Program-made: the position numbers and the translations under genes
The notes under the pieces: model-generated
What the model saw: the letters and a program-made list of their open reading frames with translations, nothing else
Database searches by the model: none
Told to the model about the DNA's origin: nothing
NCBI GenBank assembly: GCA_003693705.1
Contig: RBZT01000667.1
Location: 39,405 to 103,404, forward strand
DNA length: 64,000 nucleotides
Origin: Polymyxa betae A26-41
Lineage: Eukaryota; Protista; Endomyxa: Phytomyxea
Reading direction: 5' to 3'
Shown here: piece after piece, positions 1 to 10,975 of the stretch
How positions within the stretch are numbered: position 1 is the first letter of the stretch
Layout: each line of letters begins with the position of its first letter

Positions 1-752
1 CAACGAAGCCGTCTGGACGCTGTCGTCGGCGAAGCCTGGCAATGGCGTCGACCAACTCAGAGACGGAACTGTCGACTCGTTCTGGCAGTACGTTGGCAGA
101 TTCGAACTGTTTGCAAAGTGCCCGAGTGATCGCGACCTTTAGATCGGATGGCCAACAACCACACTTGGTTAACATTCAGTTTTACAAAAAAATGAAAGTC
201 AAGGTAATCCAGCTTCCAGGATCGGTGATATTTGGTAATTTTGTTGGTTTTGTAGGAAATTCAGCTTTATGTCGACGAGAAGCTAGATGAAAGCTATACA
301 CCGGTTGCTTTTATTCGAACAAAATCTTGAAATGGTTTCACGAACGTTTTTGCTGTCAGGCTAAGATCTCGGTCCGATCCGGGACCAGCTTCCACGATTT
401 ACGAGAAGTGTACATAATGGAGTTGGAGCATCCATCAGGTTGGGTTTCGATCCCATTAGGCGACCAATCGTATGCAGTCGAGATGTTTGAGGACCTGGCT
501 GATAAATTCTCAGATGTGATGGGTTCCTGAGAACACATATGCTGCAAATTGCTGTGTTGGCGTCGTTACAAAGCGGTCGTGATACTCACATTCGTCAAAT
601 CAAGATATTCGGCGTCCGACCGTAAGCGATCTGAAATATCCATGACGGAAACTGATTAGAACATAATCTTTAGGCCGGAGACAACAGGGTTTGGGACGCC
701 CCTAACCACGTTCACAAGCCCAGAGTTCGAGCAGTTTGCCACGATTCGATAG
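1..752 (+). CDS. APC10: Anaphase-promoting complex subunit 10 (DOC1), 5'-truncated by window edge, multi-exon
   Basis: Exons read [25 protein letters not shown] / [13 protein letters not shown] / LDESYTP / [14 protein letters not shown] / [24 protein letters not shown], ending FATIR-TAG at 752; typical APC10 motifs. Confidence 0.93.
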
Positions 753-1088
753 CGATAGTCGGATCCATAATAAAGAACCCATTGCTTTTCCATCACCTCG
801 GTTCTGACGAATAGCTTCAACTTTGAATCAAGACCCAGCGCTGTCTCATCGAAACCAATGTTCTATCGATTCGTACAACATTCATATGTTGATTTTCCGA
901 GGATCCATGTCTACGCTCACCGAATGAGAGTGAAAGTTATGAGATTGTTTGAAAGAGTGGAGAAGGAGCGCGGGCGCGCATTTCATACTGTCGCTGAAAC
1001 GTAGTCGCTGTCATGAACTGTTCTGGGTGATAAACAGACAGGAAGAGAGACCCCCTCATTGAATGACAACATTGCCATAGACGTCATT

Positions 1089-3359
1089 ATGCAAAACCAT
1101 CGCCTTAATGCTGCTGTCGAGGCTCTCTATCAGGAGCTGAAATGCACCGTCTGCTTCTCCATGATGGTCGAGCCGCATTCCCTGCCCTGCCTCCATATCT
1201 TTTGCAAAGTGGATCGCTAGGATGGCGGCTTGGCTAAGGCTGACTTCTATGCAGGCTTGTATCGATCGCTGTTTGACGGTCCGGCCCAACTGTCCTTTGT
1301 GTAATGCGAGCTTCCATCGTCGGCAAGTGGATCCCTCAAGGGTGGTATCATCGGTTATTGATGTTTATAAAAAGGTAGTCCTGTTATGTCTGCAACCATT
1401 CTTAACTTCCAAGTAGTTGTATAAAGCTCTAAGTGCTGTCGCTGACGTTCCTTGTTTATCTCAAGCTCTGACACAGCTACCTCCTCCGGGCAGCGCTTCG
1501 TTTAAATCAGAGGAGGTGCGATTTAACAAATCGATGCCTGACTTACCAAATGAAGATGTTGGTAAACTCATTACTCTGGCTTGCACGTTCTTAGTGTTTT
1601 GTAGAGCTCTGGCCGCTCCACAACGTCACCTTTTGAACAGTCATCGATTGAGCAGTACTTCCCTAAAGCGGATCAAACCCCAAACAAGAATCAAGTTAAT
1701 CCTCAGATTGAGGGCGATACTCAACATAGAGTGAATTCAGTAGAATTTCGAACAGTAATTACTCCAGCTCGTACGAAGCCGCAAATTGCTTCTCGAGCTT
1801 CAGCTGATAATGCTTATACTGAACCATGGTACATAGCCTCTTTCCTAAGTGGCTTTTTTGATATTGTTTATCTAGGTCACCTTTTCAGAGCTCTGCATTA
1901 GAGGCCAACGTCGCAAGGTGTAGCATCTGCTATGAGCCTAAAACTGACCTCAGGCCACTTCTGTCTTGTTCGAAATGTTCGGTTTCAGTTCATCGTGAAT
2001 GCTATGGGATTTCTCCAGATCTCGCTGAAGATGAAAGATGGTCATGTATTCCATGCGAGTTCGGTGTTGACTCTACGCCCACCTGCGTCTTGTGCCCGAA
2101 CACCGAAGATCGGGCATTTCGATCGTGTTCTGGAAGTTCAAACCAATGGGTTCATGTTTCTTGCGCCCTTTGGGCTCCACAACCAAAGTTCTCAGATACA
2201 TCGTTTGGCAATGGCGGTACTGTAGAAAACGTTGGCAATGTGCCAATGGTATCCAAAAGACTGGTACGGATAATTGTTTAGGAGTATTTACGCTATCCTA
2301 AGCTCGGCTAGCGTTGTTCGGTTTGTCGGAATCGCGGATTCTGCCTTCAATGCGAATATGGTCGCTGTACAACTGCATTTCACGTCCCGTGTGCAGCACG
2401 TTCAAAAGTTAAATTGGAACTTCGCGAACTTGATGAAAAAGTGTATTTTCATCAGTTCTGTCCAGCTCATGCACACCTGTCCAAAACGGTCCCAACTGAT
2501 AATACAGCTGGGTCTACGTTCTCGCGGCGAACTGAACGTCGAAAATCAGTTTCACCGTCCCCGGCACCAAAGCGTAGACTCTCTATGTCAGGTGCTCGTT
2601 CCAGGTCAAGGCATCAAGGTCAATTCGTGTTACTACTAACAGGTATAATTCGTCAATGATTTGTTAGTTCTGATTTGGTTCAGGGATAAAGCTTGATGAT
2701 CACATTAGCAGGCTGGTAGCGAATTCGAAGGATGTAGATGTGACATTGAATCTCTCTGATTCTGTTACGCACGTGATTACAAAATGTTTTACTACTGGAG
2801 CACAAGCTGGAAAGGCCAAAGCCAGGACGGTTAAATACATGTTTGGAGTCGCCAGAGGGATCTGGTGTGTCTCACAGATATGGATCCAGGATTGGATCAA
2901 GTTCGGCTATGCACCAGATGAGCTTAAATATGAGGTTCTGGGAGACTATGCTGCTATCGGAGCACCTCGGCGTTCCAGAGTTAATAGGCAACAAGGAAGG
3001 GCGCCGCTTCTCAATGGTGTCGCGTTTATTATTACTGTAGGCCATTGCAACTGTCATCTTTTTTATCCACCAGTGACCAAGAGTGTTAGGGTCCATTTGC
3101 GAAGCATCTTGGTTTAGATATAGAATTAGCCGAGATTATCAGAGCTGCTGGAGGCCTAGTCTCCCATGAGATACCTGATAACCCGCCATGTAAGCCCACA
3201 GTCTTGATCAAAGAGGCAGTTGATCCCGAGGAAGATGAAGCTGAGAAAAGGGAAGATGCATCGATCCGCCAGCAATGTTTGTCGATTGGTATTCCTGCTT
3301 ACGATGTTCAGTGGTTATTTGGATTATTAAGTTACTACACATCTCCTATCATAAGTTAA
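1089..3359 (+). CDS. BRCA1/BARD1-like protein: N-terminal RING, central PHD/extended PHD, C-terminal BRCT repeats; multi-exon
   Basis: RING: ELKCTVCFSMMVEPHSLPCLHIFC..CIDRCL..CPLC. PHD/ePHD: CSKCSVSVHRECYG..WSCIPC, CVLCP..WVHVSCALW, FHVPCA, FCPAH. BRCT: VTHVIT..ARTVKYMFGVARGIWCVSQIWI. Confidence 0.8.
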
Positions 3360-3418
3360 TGATTAATTAAACTATCATAATTATTCGAAAACATCTGCAC
3401 GACAGAATTAAATTCTGC

Positions 3419-3574
3419 CTTTTCAAATGCATTTTGTGGAANNNNNNNNNNNNNNNNNNNNNNNNNNNNNNNNNNNNNNNNNNNNNNNNNNNNNNNNNNN
3501 NNNNNNNNNNNNNNNNNNNNNNNNNNNNNNNNNNNNNNNNNNNNNNNNNNNTTCCACAAAATGCATTTGAAAAG
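3419..3574. repeat. 23-bp perfect inverted repeat flanking a 110-N assembly gap
   Basis: cttttcaaatgcattttgtggaa (3419-3441) is the reverse complement of ttccacaaaatgcatttgaaaag (3552-3574); Ns span 3442-3551. Confidence 0.9.
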
Positions 3575-3699
3575 CGACAGTTCTTGATCAAATTGATGCG
3601 GTAGCATCTCCAATTCATGGCCGAATTTGACCTATTGTCTACTTTGCATGCTCGATAAAACTATTAAGCACATAAGGCGAATCAGACGAGTTATGCCAA

Positions 3700-3900
3700 A
3701 AAGAGCTTTTTATTGAATTGAATGAGACGAATCCCATAGAAAGAAAGTGGCCAATTCGTTACGAACCGAATACGGGAACGGTTCACAAATCTGAACACAG
3801 TATCAATACACCAGCCAGATAATATATAAAGGAATTTTTCAAAGGATGGATAATCAGATTTAAAAAGCTCGTTTTTGTTAGTCAGCAACGAAAATTAGGT
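3700..3900 (+). mobile_element. Possible decayed pogo/Tigger-type transposase (CENP-B HTH) fragment
   Basis: Plus-strand translation ESGQFVTNRIRER followed, after a frameshift, by KGWIIRFKK; resembles the GxxVT..IREKA..SxGWLxRFKKR HTH motif. Stops and frameshifts present. Confidence 0.3.
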
Positions 3901-4639
3901 ATTGGACTTGCTTTTTCATCATGAAAAAAAAATTCGAAAGTAACGACTTACCAAACTTTCAACTTTGATGTTAATGATGCTAGATTTTATCCGCCGTTTC
4001 AACCAGGCACACCAGTAACAGATCACCTAAAGGGAAAACGTCAGAAAATGCACAAGCTTCGAGAAAGAAACCCGCAAAGGGAAAAATCAGAAGGAAGGCA
4101 ACATTTGTTTGATCAACACATTGGAATAAATTTAGACTTAGACACATTAAAATGATTCATCACATGGAAGCCAACATGAAAACGTTCCAGTTCATACCAT
4201 GATGGAGAGGACCACCAAGCGAAAATGTTGATGCAACAGAAAAGACCCTAGATTAAAATTTCAATTGAAAAGTCTTATACAGAAAAAGCAAAACTCAGAT
4301 GTGGAAACTCAGAGATCTTGGTGGAATCGTGTCATCAAATAGATTCAAGAGTAGCAAATATATAGAATACATCATCAAAATATCGGAAAAGGAAAGTCAT
4401 AACATACCGACAGAATATCTAGCCAGATCTCAGAATACGTACATCTCGCTGTTAGCGAATCTAAGAGCCAATAAGTGAAACTGAAAAAGGGACAATAAAT
4501 CCAAAATGATCAAGAAAAGACTCAGAAACGAGGAATTCACGTCTGTCCACATTCATATCTCTCGGAACAGGTCTGTGTCTAGGAACTCATCACCGCCAAC
4601 AACCAAAAACAATAAAAACACTGACAACGCACCTTCATT

Positions 4640-4830
4640 GGTTGATCAATGAAATTCGAGTGGCACTTCGCAGACACCAGGGTGCCAGAACTCTAAGACA
4701 AACTGTTACTGGACCAGCATCACGATGTCATGATTGCAAAATAAAACTTGAAATCAGAGTATAAAACATCGACAGAATATCGGGTTTGTAAGATCCGATT
4801 CCGACCGCCCGTCTAAGACGAGAATCATCC
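4640..4830 (+). mobile_element. Degenerate Ty3/gypsy integrase fragment
   Basis: Translations VPEL*DKLLLDQHHDVMIA and SGL*DPIPTARLRRES resemble the gypsy integrase zinc-binding (HD..AGH) and GLLQPLP..WES motifs; lies in an ORF-free A-rich region. Confidence 0.35.
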
Positions 4831-5134
4831 CGATAAAAAGAGAAACGTGATTCCCAGTACCTATAAACACCACATTAGTCGATTGCAACCAAAAATAGGT
4901 GCATTGAAATTAAGAAAAAGAATCAGAAAGTTTTGGTATATGGTTTGTCTCCAAAATGATTGCAGAAGCAGAACTGAATTGACATCATGTAAATCAGAAA
5001 GCGGAATATGAAAGCACTACCTTGAAAGAGAGCGTGTGGACCGACAAGAGTATTAATATCGTATGCCATAATAAATGCCTAGAGTGACGTCAGAAAGAAT
5101 AACCACATGCGAATGCTGGAAAATGAAAGAAAAT

Positions 5135-5503
5135 GTTCAATCATAGCGCAATGGTTCCTGCTGGCTGCAGGCATTGCAACTCCAAATGTTCATGTATCGA
5201 AAATCACTTGGGGAAAGAATATAATCATATTGAAACTTAACAATTTTAAACAAGTTTACCTTTACATGGATTGAAATTGGCGGGAATGTGCCGGAATAGT
5301 AGAGATTTCCATGGTTAGATTGCAGCGATTAGGAAGTCAGAAGACAGACTATCTGTAATGATGTTAACATATGGCATGATCATACAGCGTAACAGTGAAA
5401 CAAGTTCAATCATAGCGCAATAGATCCTGCTGGCTGCAGGTATTGCTGTTCCAAATGTTCATGTATCGAAAATCACTTGGGGAAAGAAATGTAATCATAT
5501 TGA
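5135..5503 (+). repeat. ~100-bp imperfect direct repeat (5135-5233 and 5404-5503)
   Basis: gttcaatcatagcgcaat...cctgctggctgcagg...ccaaatgttcatgtatcgaaaatcacttggggaaagaa...taatcatattga occurs twice with a few mismatches. Confidence 0.9.
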
Positions 5504-5761
5504 GTAAATGTAACAAACAAAGAGAAGAGTACCTGATAGATATAGATTCCATCGACACATTCATGGCGTCAATAACGACAGTATGAACAAACATGTGTCG
5601 AATGAACGACCAGATTGGAGAATGAAGAAGAAGCCATTTGGTAGCCCTGGATATGGAGCAGATCCCCAAAGGTCCGTCACGGACTCCGCTGATGAGGACC
5701 TTAGAGCAATGCGCATATAGCTGATTCGCAACCAATAAATCAAAAACGTTGAATTTTTTTT

Positions 5762-6937
5762 TTATTTGTGAATTTTTAAGGTGTCTTTAGGATCGCGAGC
5801 ATAGTCAGCTTTGTGACGATTGAACAGATTCTCTAACTCATTGACATAAATATCAAAATATTTATCAACTTCCGCTGCAGTTGGATTCGGAATCTTTGGA
5901 AACTGAATCGGCTTTCCTACAACCGACACCAAATCGACATTCCAATCTGGGAGAACCAGGTATTTGGACCAGAACAGAACTGTCATATAAAATTATACAC
6001 CCTTATGTTTAACTGCAATTTTGCTTTTACCTGCAGGCAATCTCCATTTGTTTAGCCATAAACGGAAATCAAGCAATCCTTCGAATGACTTATATGTAAG
6101 TTCCTCTCCAAACGTATACACTGGGCTAACTTGATATCCATAACGGAGAGCGTAAACAATAAACCCCTTGCGGTTTTTCAAATATACCTAATAAATCCTA
6201 AGTTATGTTTCCGGTGCAATTCATAATTCCTACTTGGTGCTGTCCATATCGGTAGACAGTGGCTTCTTCAAACCCGCCAGGGATCAATGCGACGTTCTCT
6301 CCGTTTCTCATCAGTTTTTGAGTGTGATGTTTGCTAACTTCACCGCCTCTCTGCCATTTGACAAGCTCTGACAGTACTATGACAAGTTAGAGCATTCATG
6401 ACGAATATGCGATTGTGCTCAAACCTGGCAGGTTATTCATCCACCAAGCTCCCAACCAGTTATATGGACCACGTTGCTCTAAATCCCAACTGACATTACC
6501 ATTAACAGTCCATCCAATACATAGCAACCCGTGTGGATGCCATGACAGAAGATGATTGGTCATCTGATCGCATTCGTTGTCCTCAAAAACCAGTTTCTCA
6601 GTTCGAAAATATTGGTATTTCTTTGCAAGCTGTAACGATTTTAAATGTCACGTCGCCAGCTAATAGCATTGAGGCATACTTTCATACTGGTTTTTCGAAA
6701 TCTTTCCCAAGGCTTTCTTGGGAAGAAATGACGATAAATTCTATATAAAAGCATGGCTATGTGGAGACGATAATCGCCCCAGAGAACGATACTGAGGACA
6801 AGCCAAGCAGGCAACGACGCGACGCAAAGCCAGATGAGGATAAAGCCGCCGAGATGCAGCACGCTGATCACTTTCGGCGTCATGACCCACGACCAGACCA
6901 TTTGTAAAATCGATGAATCCGATCCAAGGAGGGCCAT
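5762..6937 (-). CDS. DGAT2: Diacylglycerol O-acyltransferase 2 family (DAGAT), multi-exon
   Basis: WHPHG motif, NVALIPGGFEEA, RKGFIVYALRYG..PVYTFGE, VVGKPI..P..EVDKYFDIYVNELENLF. Confidence 0.88.
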
Positions 6938-7358
6938 GGTGCGATCAGAACTGATCGGATAGCAGAGTAAAGGGTTCCTGTAAAGGAATGTCACAAGTAA
7001 GTCCACTCAACTTGATTAGGGTTTATCTGACTGTGTTCTAAGGGCGACACGATTCACGCGTTGTTCTCACAGACATAGGCCACGCATGGCTAGACAAACG
7101 ACTGTATCAATGTGCAAGATAGAAGGCCCAACGATGTTCGAGCATTCGTCAATGTCCATGCTGGACACTATTTCTGTCTCGACGGGAAGTCTCTTTCCGG
7201 TTAAGAAGAAACGTTGTGATTTTCAGAGATCGTGACTAAAGGTTGCTCTGTTTGTTCTGACTTCTGAGAACAGCAGCCTTGCCTGTGTTGCCTAATAGGG
7301 ATAAATAAATAATAATTAATGTTTTTTATTGTTGTTGTAATGTGCTTGCAAGTGCTAG

Positions 7359-8373
7359 TCATCGCTTCATTCGTGCTCGTTCTTTCAGCAGCTGCCATTG
7401 CGTCTGGTACTTCTCGATCATTTTGCGCTGCTCCTCTATTGTGATCTTCTGCGAATCAATGAGAGATAGAGCGTCGTCTAATGCTGCTTTACACTGAAAA
7501 GGCCAGCTTATCGATAGATCCTAAATAAACATCCGACTAACCTTAGTGAGATTCGCTTCCGAGGCTAGTAACTTCTCTTGAGCACTGTGATAATCTGCTC
7601 TCGTAATGCTGTCAGCTGCTATTATATTACTTCTTTTCGCTTTGATAATCTGATATTGGCTCAACTCTCAGACACTTGCGACACTACTTTGATACAAAAC
7701 TTACTTCGCATTCAAATAGCTCCCGAAATTGATCCACTCGTTTTAGACAATCAGATCTTTGGCCTTGTGAAAGAGCAGATGATTCTGTTTCCGATCTCCC
7801 AGCTAAAGGATCGGCAGGCCCACCGTCTAAAATCTACTTTGATATTAAGGCACCATAATGAAGTAAACGAGCCTGTTACCTTATGCATGATTCGAGTGAA
7901 ATCCTCCACATATCTTGTAAGAAGATCGAGCAGGTTCTGGTTGGTCATAGTCATTGGTCTAAATGTCTGTCGGCACTGCATAAAGACCTTAATGAGAGAG
8001 CATTTGACCTAACATCTCTGTACCTGGCTTCTATAAAGCAGACCTTTCTCAATATACGATTGAACGTAATCAGCGTTTCGTTGAACAGCAGCAATCAAAA
8101 GCTGTAAGATTTCTATGCACTAAATCCAATAAGGTTTATGCATAAAATTCTCCAACCATACTGACCTTTGGATGTTGTTTGGTCTTACAAGCTTGGCGAT
8201 ATTTGGCGACAGCTCGCGTGTATTTGTCCAGCGCCTGACGATAATGTCCTTTACGTTCAGCTTCCTGGGCCTGTCGATTCAGCCTGCTAGCCTTAGATAT
8301 CGATCAGCTATGACAGGTGACGCCGAGCCAGCAGAACTACCTCCCAGAGCAGGTTCGGAGGGTCCAAGTCCAT
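7359..8373 (-). CDS. MIT-like N-terminus plus C-terminal coiled coil; possible NRBF2/Atg38-like protein
   Basis: Inferred exons MDLDPPNLLWE / ASRLNRQAQEAERKGHYRQALDKYTRAVAKYRQA (MIT-like) and a final exon EEQRKMIEKYQTQWQQLKERARMKR*. The family assignment is inferred from architecture. Confidence 0.5.
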
Positions 8374-8836
8374 GTGATCATATGAGCCTAATGTTAACCA
8401 GATCTCTTGCGTATTACCTCTTATTACCGCTCATTCGCCGAGATGCCTTAATTCTCTTGGGGGAAAACCCTATTTCAAATCTGACAGCATTCTATCACGT
8501 GCACATGCGATTTACGAAACTTTATAGCGGCTTCGGTATAAAATTTGAAATAAGACAATCCATTTGAATAAAAATTGTTGACGGCATCGCAGCAGCAGAA
8601 CGCGTCTCTCTCCCTAAAGCAATTCCACATATCTAATTGAAGCTGGACATTGTGCATTGTAAATGAGAGCCCTTTGAAAAGAAGCATTTGCAATAGAACT
8701 GAGGATTCCGGTCCTGTAATGTTACCTTCTTACATATGCCGTTGATCTGATTATTGTCTTGAAAGTATGTAGAATGTAAAGTTTCCCTTTTGTACTGCGC
8801 ATGGGCATTCCTGATTAATGAGGTCGGAGGGCGGCC

Positions 8837-10941
8837 ATGTCCCTGGCTGACGATGTCCTCCAGGCCATTCATCAGGGGCGTGCCGATGACCGCCTCGCCG
8901 CCCAGCTCACCGGCACCCTGCTCGACTCGTTCGCCGACCAGATCGACTACCAGCAGGCGTCGCCGGCCTCGCTCGCTGCCTTATTCTTTTATCTGCATCG
9001 ATCCCTCATGGCATTCGGCCATAGGACGCTTCAGGCCTGGAACCCGGTGTGTATCTGGGTCCTTGATAATCGCCACGATGTCGTCCCTGCCGCTTTCGAT
9101 TATGCCACGAATCTTGTCTTACGAGATGGCGAATTCCTCAATCGTTTGATGATGCATTTCTTCTCGAATCCCGTTGCCGAGTCCATATTCCAGCTGTTGA
9201 AGCATCAATGCAGCGCCGCCCCAAACCGATTCCTTGAGCAGATTCGACCGTTTCTCGTCAGTCCATTTACGTTGGTTGATTCTTGCTGGATTCCAACATG
9301 TTGCTTTATAGAGTTCGTCAACAAAACGAGAGGCGCTTCAGTTGATGTTTCTAATGGTTCAAAACAAGGTTGAAATCGTCTCGATATTCTGGCTTTTTGT
9401 TGCTCATTGTTTCTCTACAGCTGGTCGGTTACTGTCATATGCAAGGGACGTCGCTGTTCTCAGAGATTATAAGAAGCATTGTCTCTGCTCATGATATGCA
9501 AGTTGCAGCTCAGGGCTGTCTCATGTTGACAATTCTCTTGTCGTCGGAGACAGTCTTAAGCCCCGGTGATGTCACTGCTCTCTTTCCGTTTATAAAGTCG
9601 TTGCTGATCTGGCAGGAACCGAACGGAATGACATTGCCGAATCAATCACGAAGCAATTCCGTGCCTGCTCAATCATCGTCGTCCCGCGTTTCCAAGCGTC
9701 CTGAGCGACTCTCAGTTAATGCGACCTCAGATGGTCCATCGACAGTTCTTACGGCTGATGCTGCTTATGCTGTCTCAGTTTTGTTTCGACACGTTTACGA
9801 TTTATGGCCCTGGGAATCAATTTGTTTTCTTCGCAAAGAATCATCGAAATCGGCGCTATTTCGGAATGCTTGTTTCTTTCTCGTCGAAGACTTACCTGTT
9901 CTGCCTGCTATCATTGGCGTTAGTACTCAAAGGCCACCGGATTCTCCATGTCCTTCGCCGTTGATTTCCAGCTTTTCAGCAAATCTGTTTTCTCTGTCTT
10001 CTCCTCCAGTTGCACCTCGTTCTGTGGATGGTCCGAAAAGTTTTGCTGACGATTCGTTATGGGAATGCAAACAAGGCGGAATGACGCTTCCTTCAGATCA
10101 TAAGTCTCTAAAAACAGCTGCTCAATTATTACAAAACGAACTAATTTATGAGCGGTTTCAGCGGCGTACTCTCCAACACAAGCTGAACTCGTTACAATTT
10201 CGACCTCGCTCAGATTCCTCTCAGAACAAATTTGATAAGGAACGCGCCCACTTTCTGGGATTGATCCAGCACGGCCGAGATGAATTACGGCAATGGAAAC
10301 AGCAGCAACGCAAATGGGAGACAGATGTTCTGCGTCGGGTTGATAAACTGAAAACAGAACGATCGGCCGTCACTGAGCGTTGCTTGTTAATCGAAAGATC
10401 GAATGGACAGCTGCAGAGCCAAGTTACTTCACTGCAGTCAGAACTTACGACCCTCCGACTTCAAATATCAAAAGCCAGAGAAGATGTTCTCGTTGCCGAA
10501 CATAACCTTTCTGTGCAGGCGAAAATACTGCAATCCACGCAGTCTAAAGTATCATCGCTGAACGATGAACTATCGAAGAGACGGACACTGTCCTCCGATA
10601 CACCTTCTATTGGAGAAAGAGTGAACAAAGACAACAGCTCTCAAATAGAGGAGCACCTCGCACAGGCTTTAAAACGAGAAGGACAGGCTAGTTTTGAAAT
10701 CCAGCAGCTGAAAAAAGAAGTTGAAGAATTGAAACATGCAAACCAGCAACATGAAGGCGCTCGATCTGAACGACAGAATATGTTCAATATGCAGCGGGAG
10801 TTTACAAAAATCCAGCTGCAAAAGTTGGGCGAAAGATGTGAATCACTGAAGAAGATTAACCGTCTATTGCAGACTCGGCTCATTTGCACAGGAAAATTAT
10901 CTATGGATTGCAATCAACAAGAAAATAAACAGCCAATATAA
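8837..10941 (+). CDS. TSC1: Hamartin (TSC1)-like protein, probably 2 exons
   Basis: LFRHVYDLWPWESICFLR matches hamartin LYGMYPCNF..FLR; LLQNELIYERFQR matches LLHNQLLYERFKR; long C-terminal coiled coil. Confidence 0.72.
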
Positions 10942-10975
10942 TATTTATTACAATAACGGCGATCTGAACTGATAC

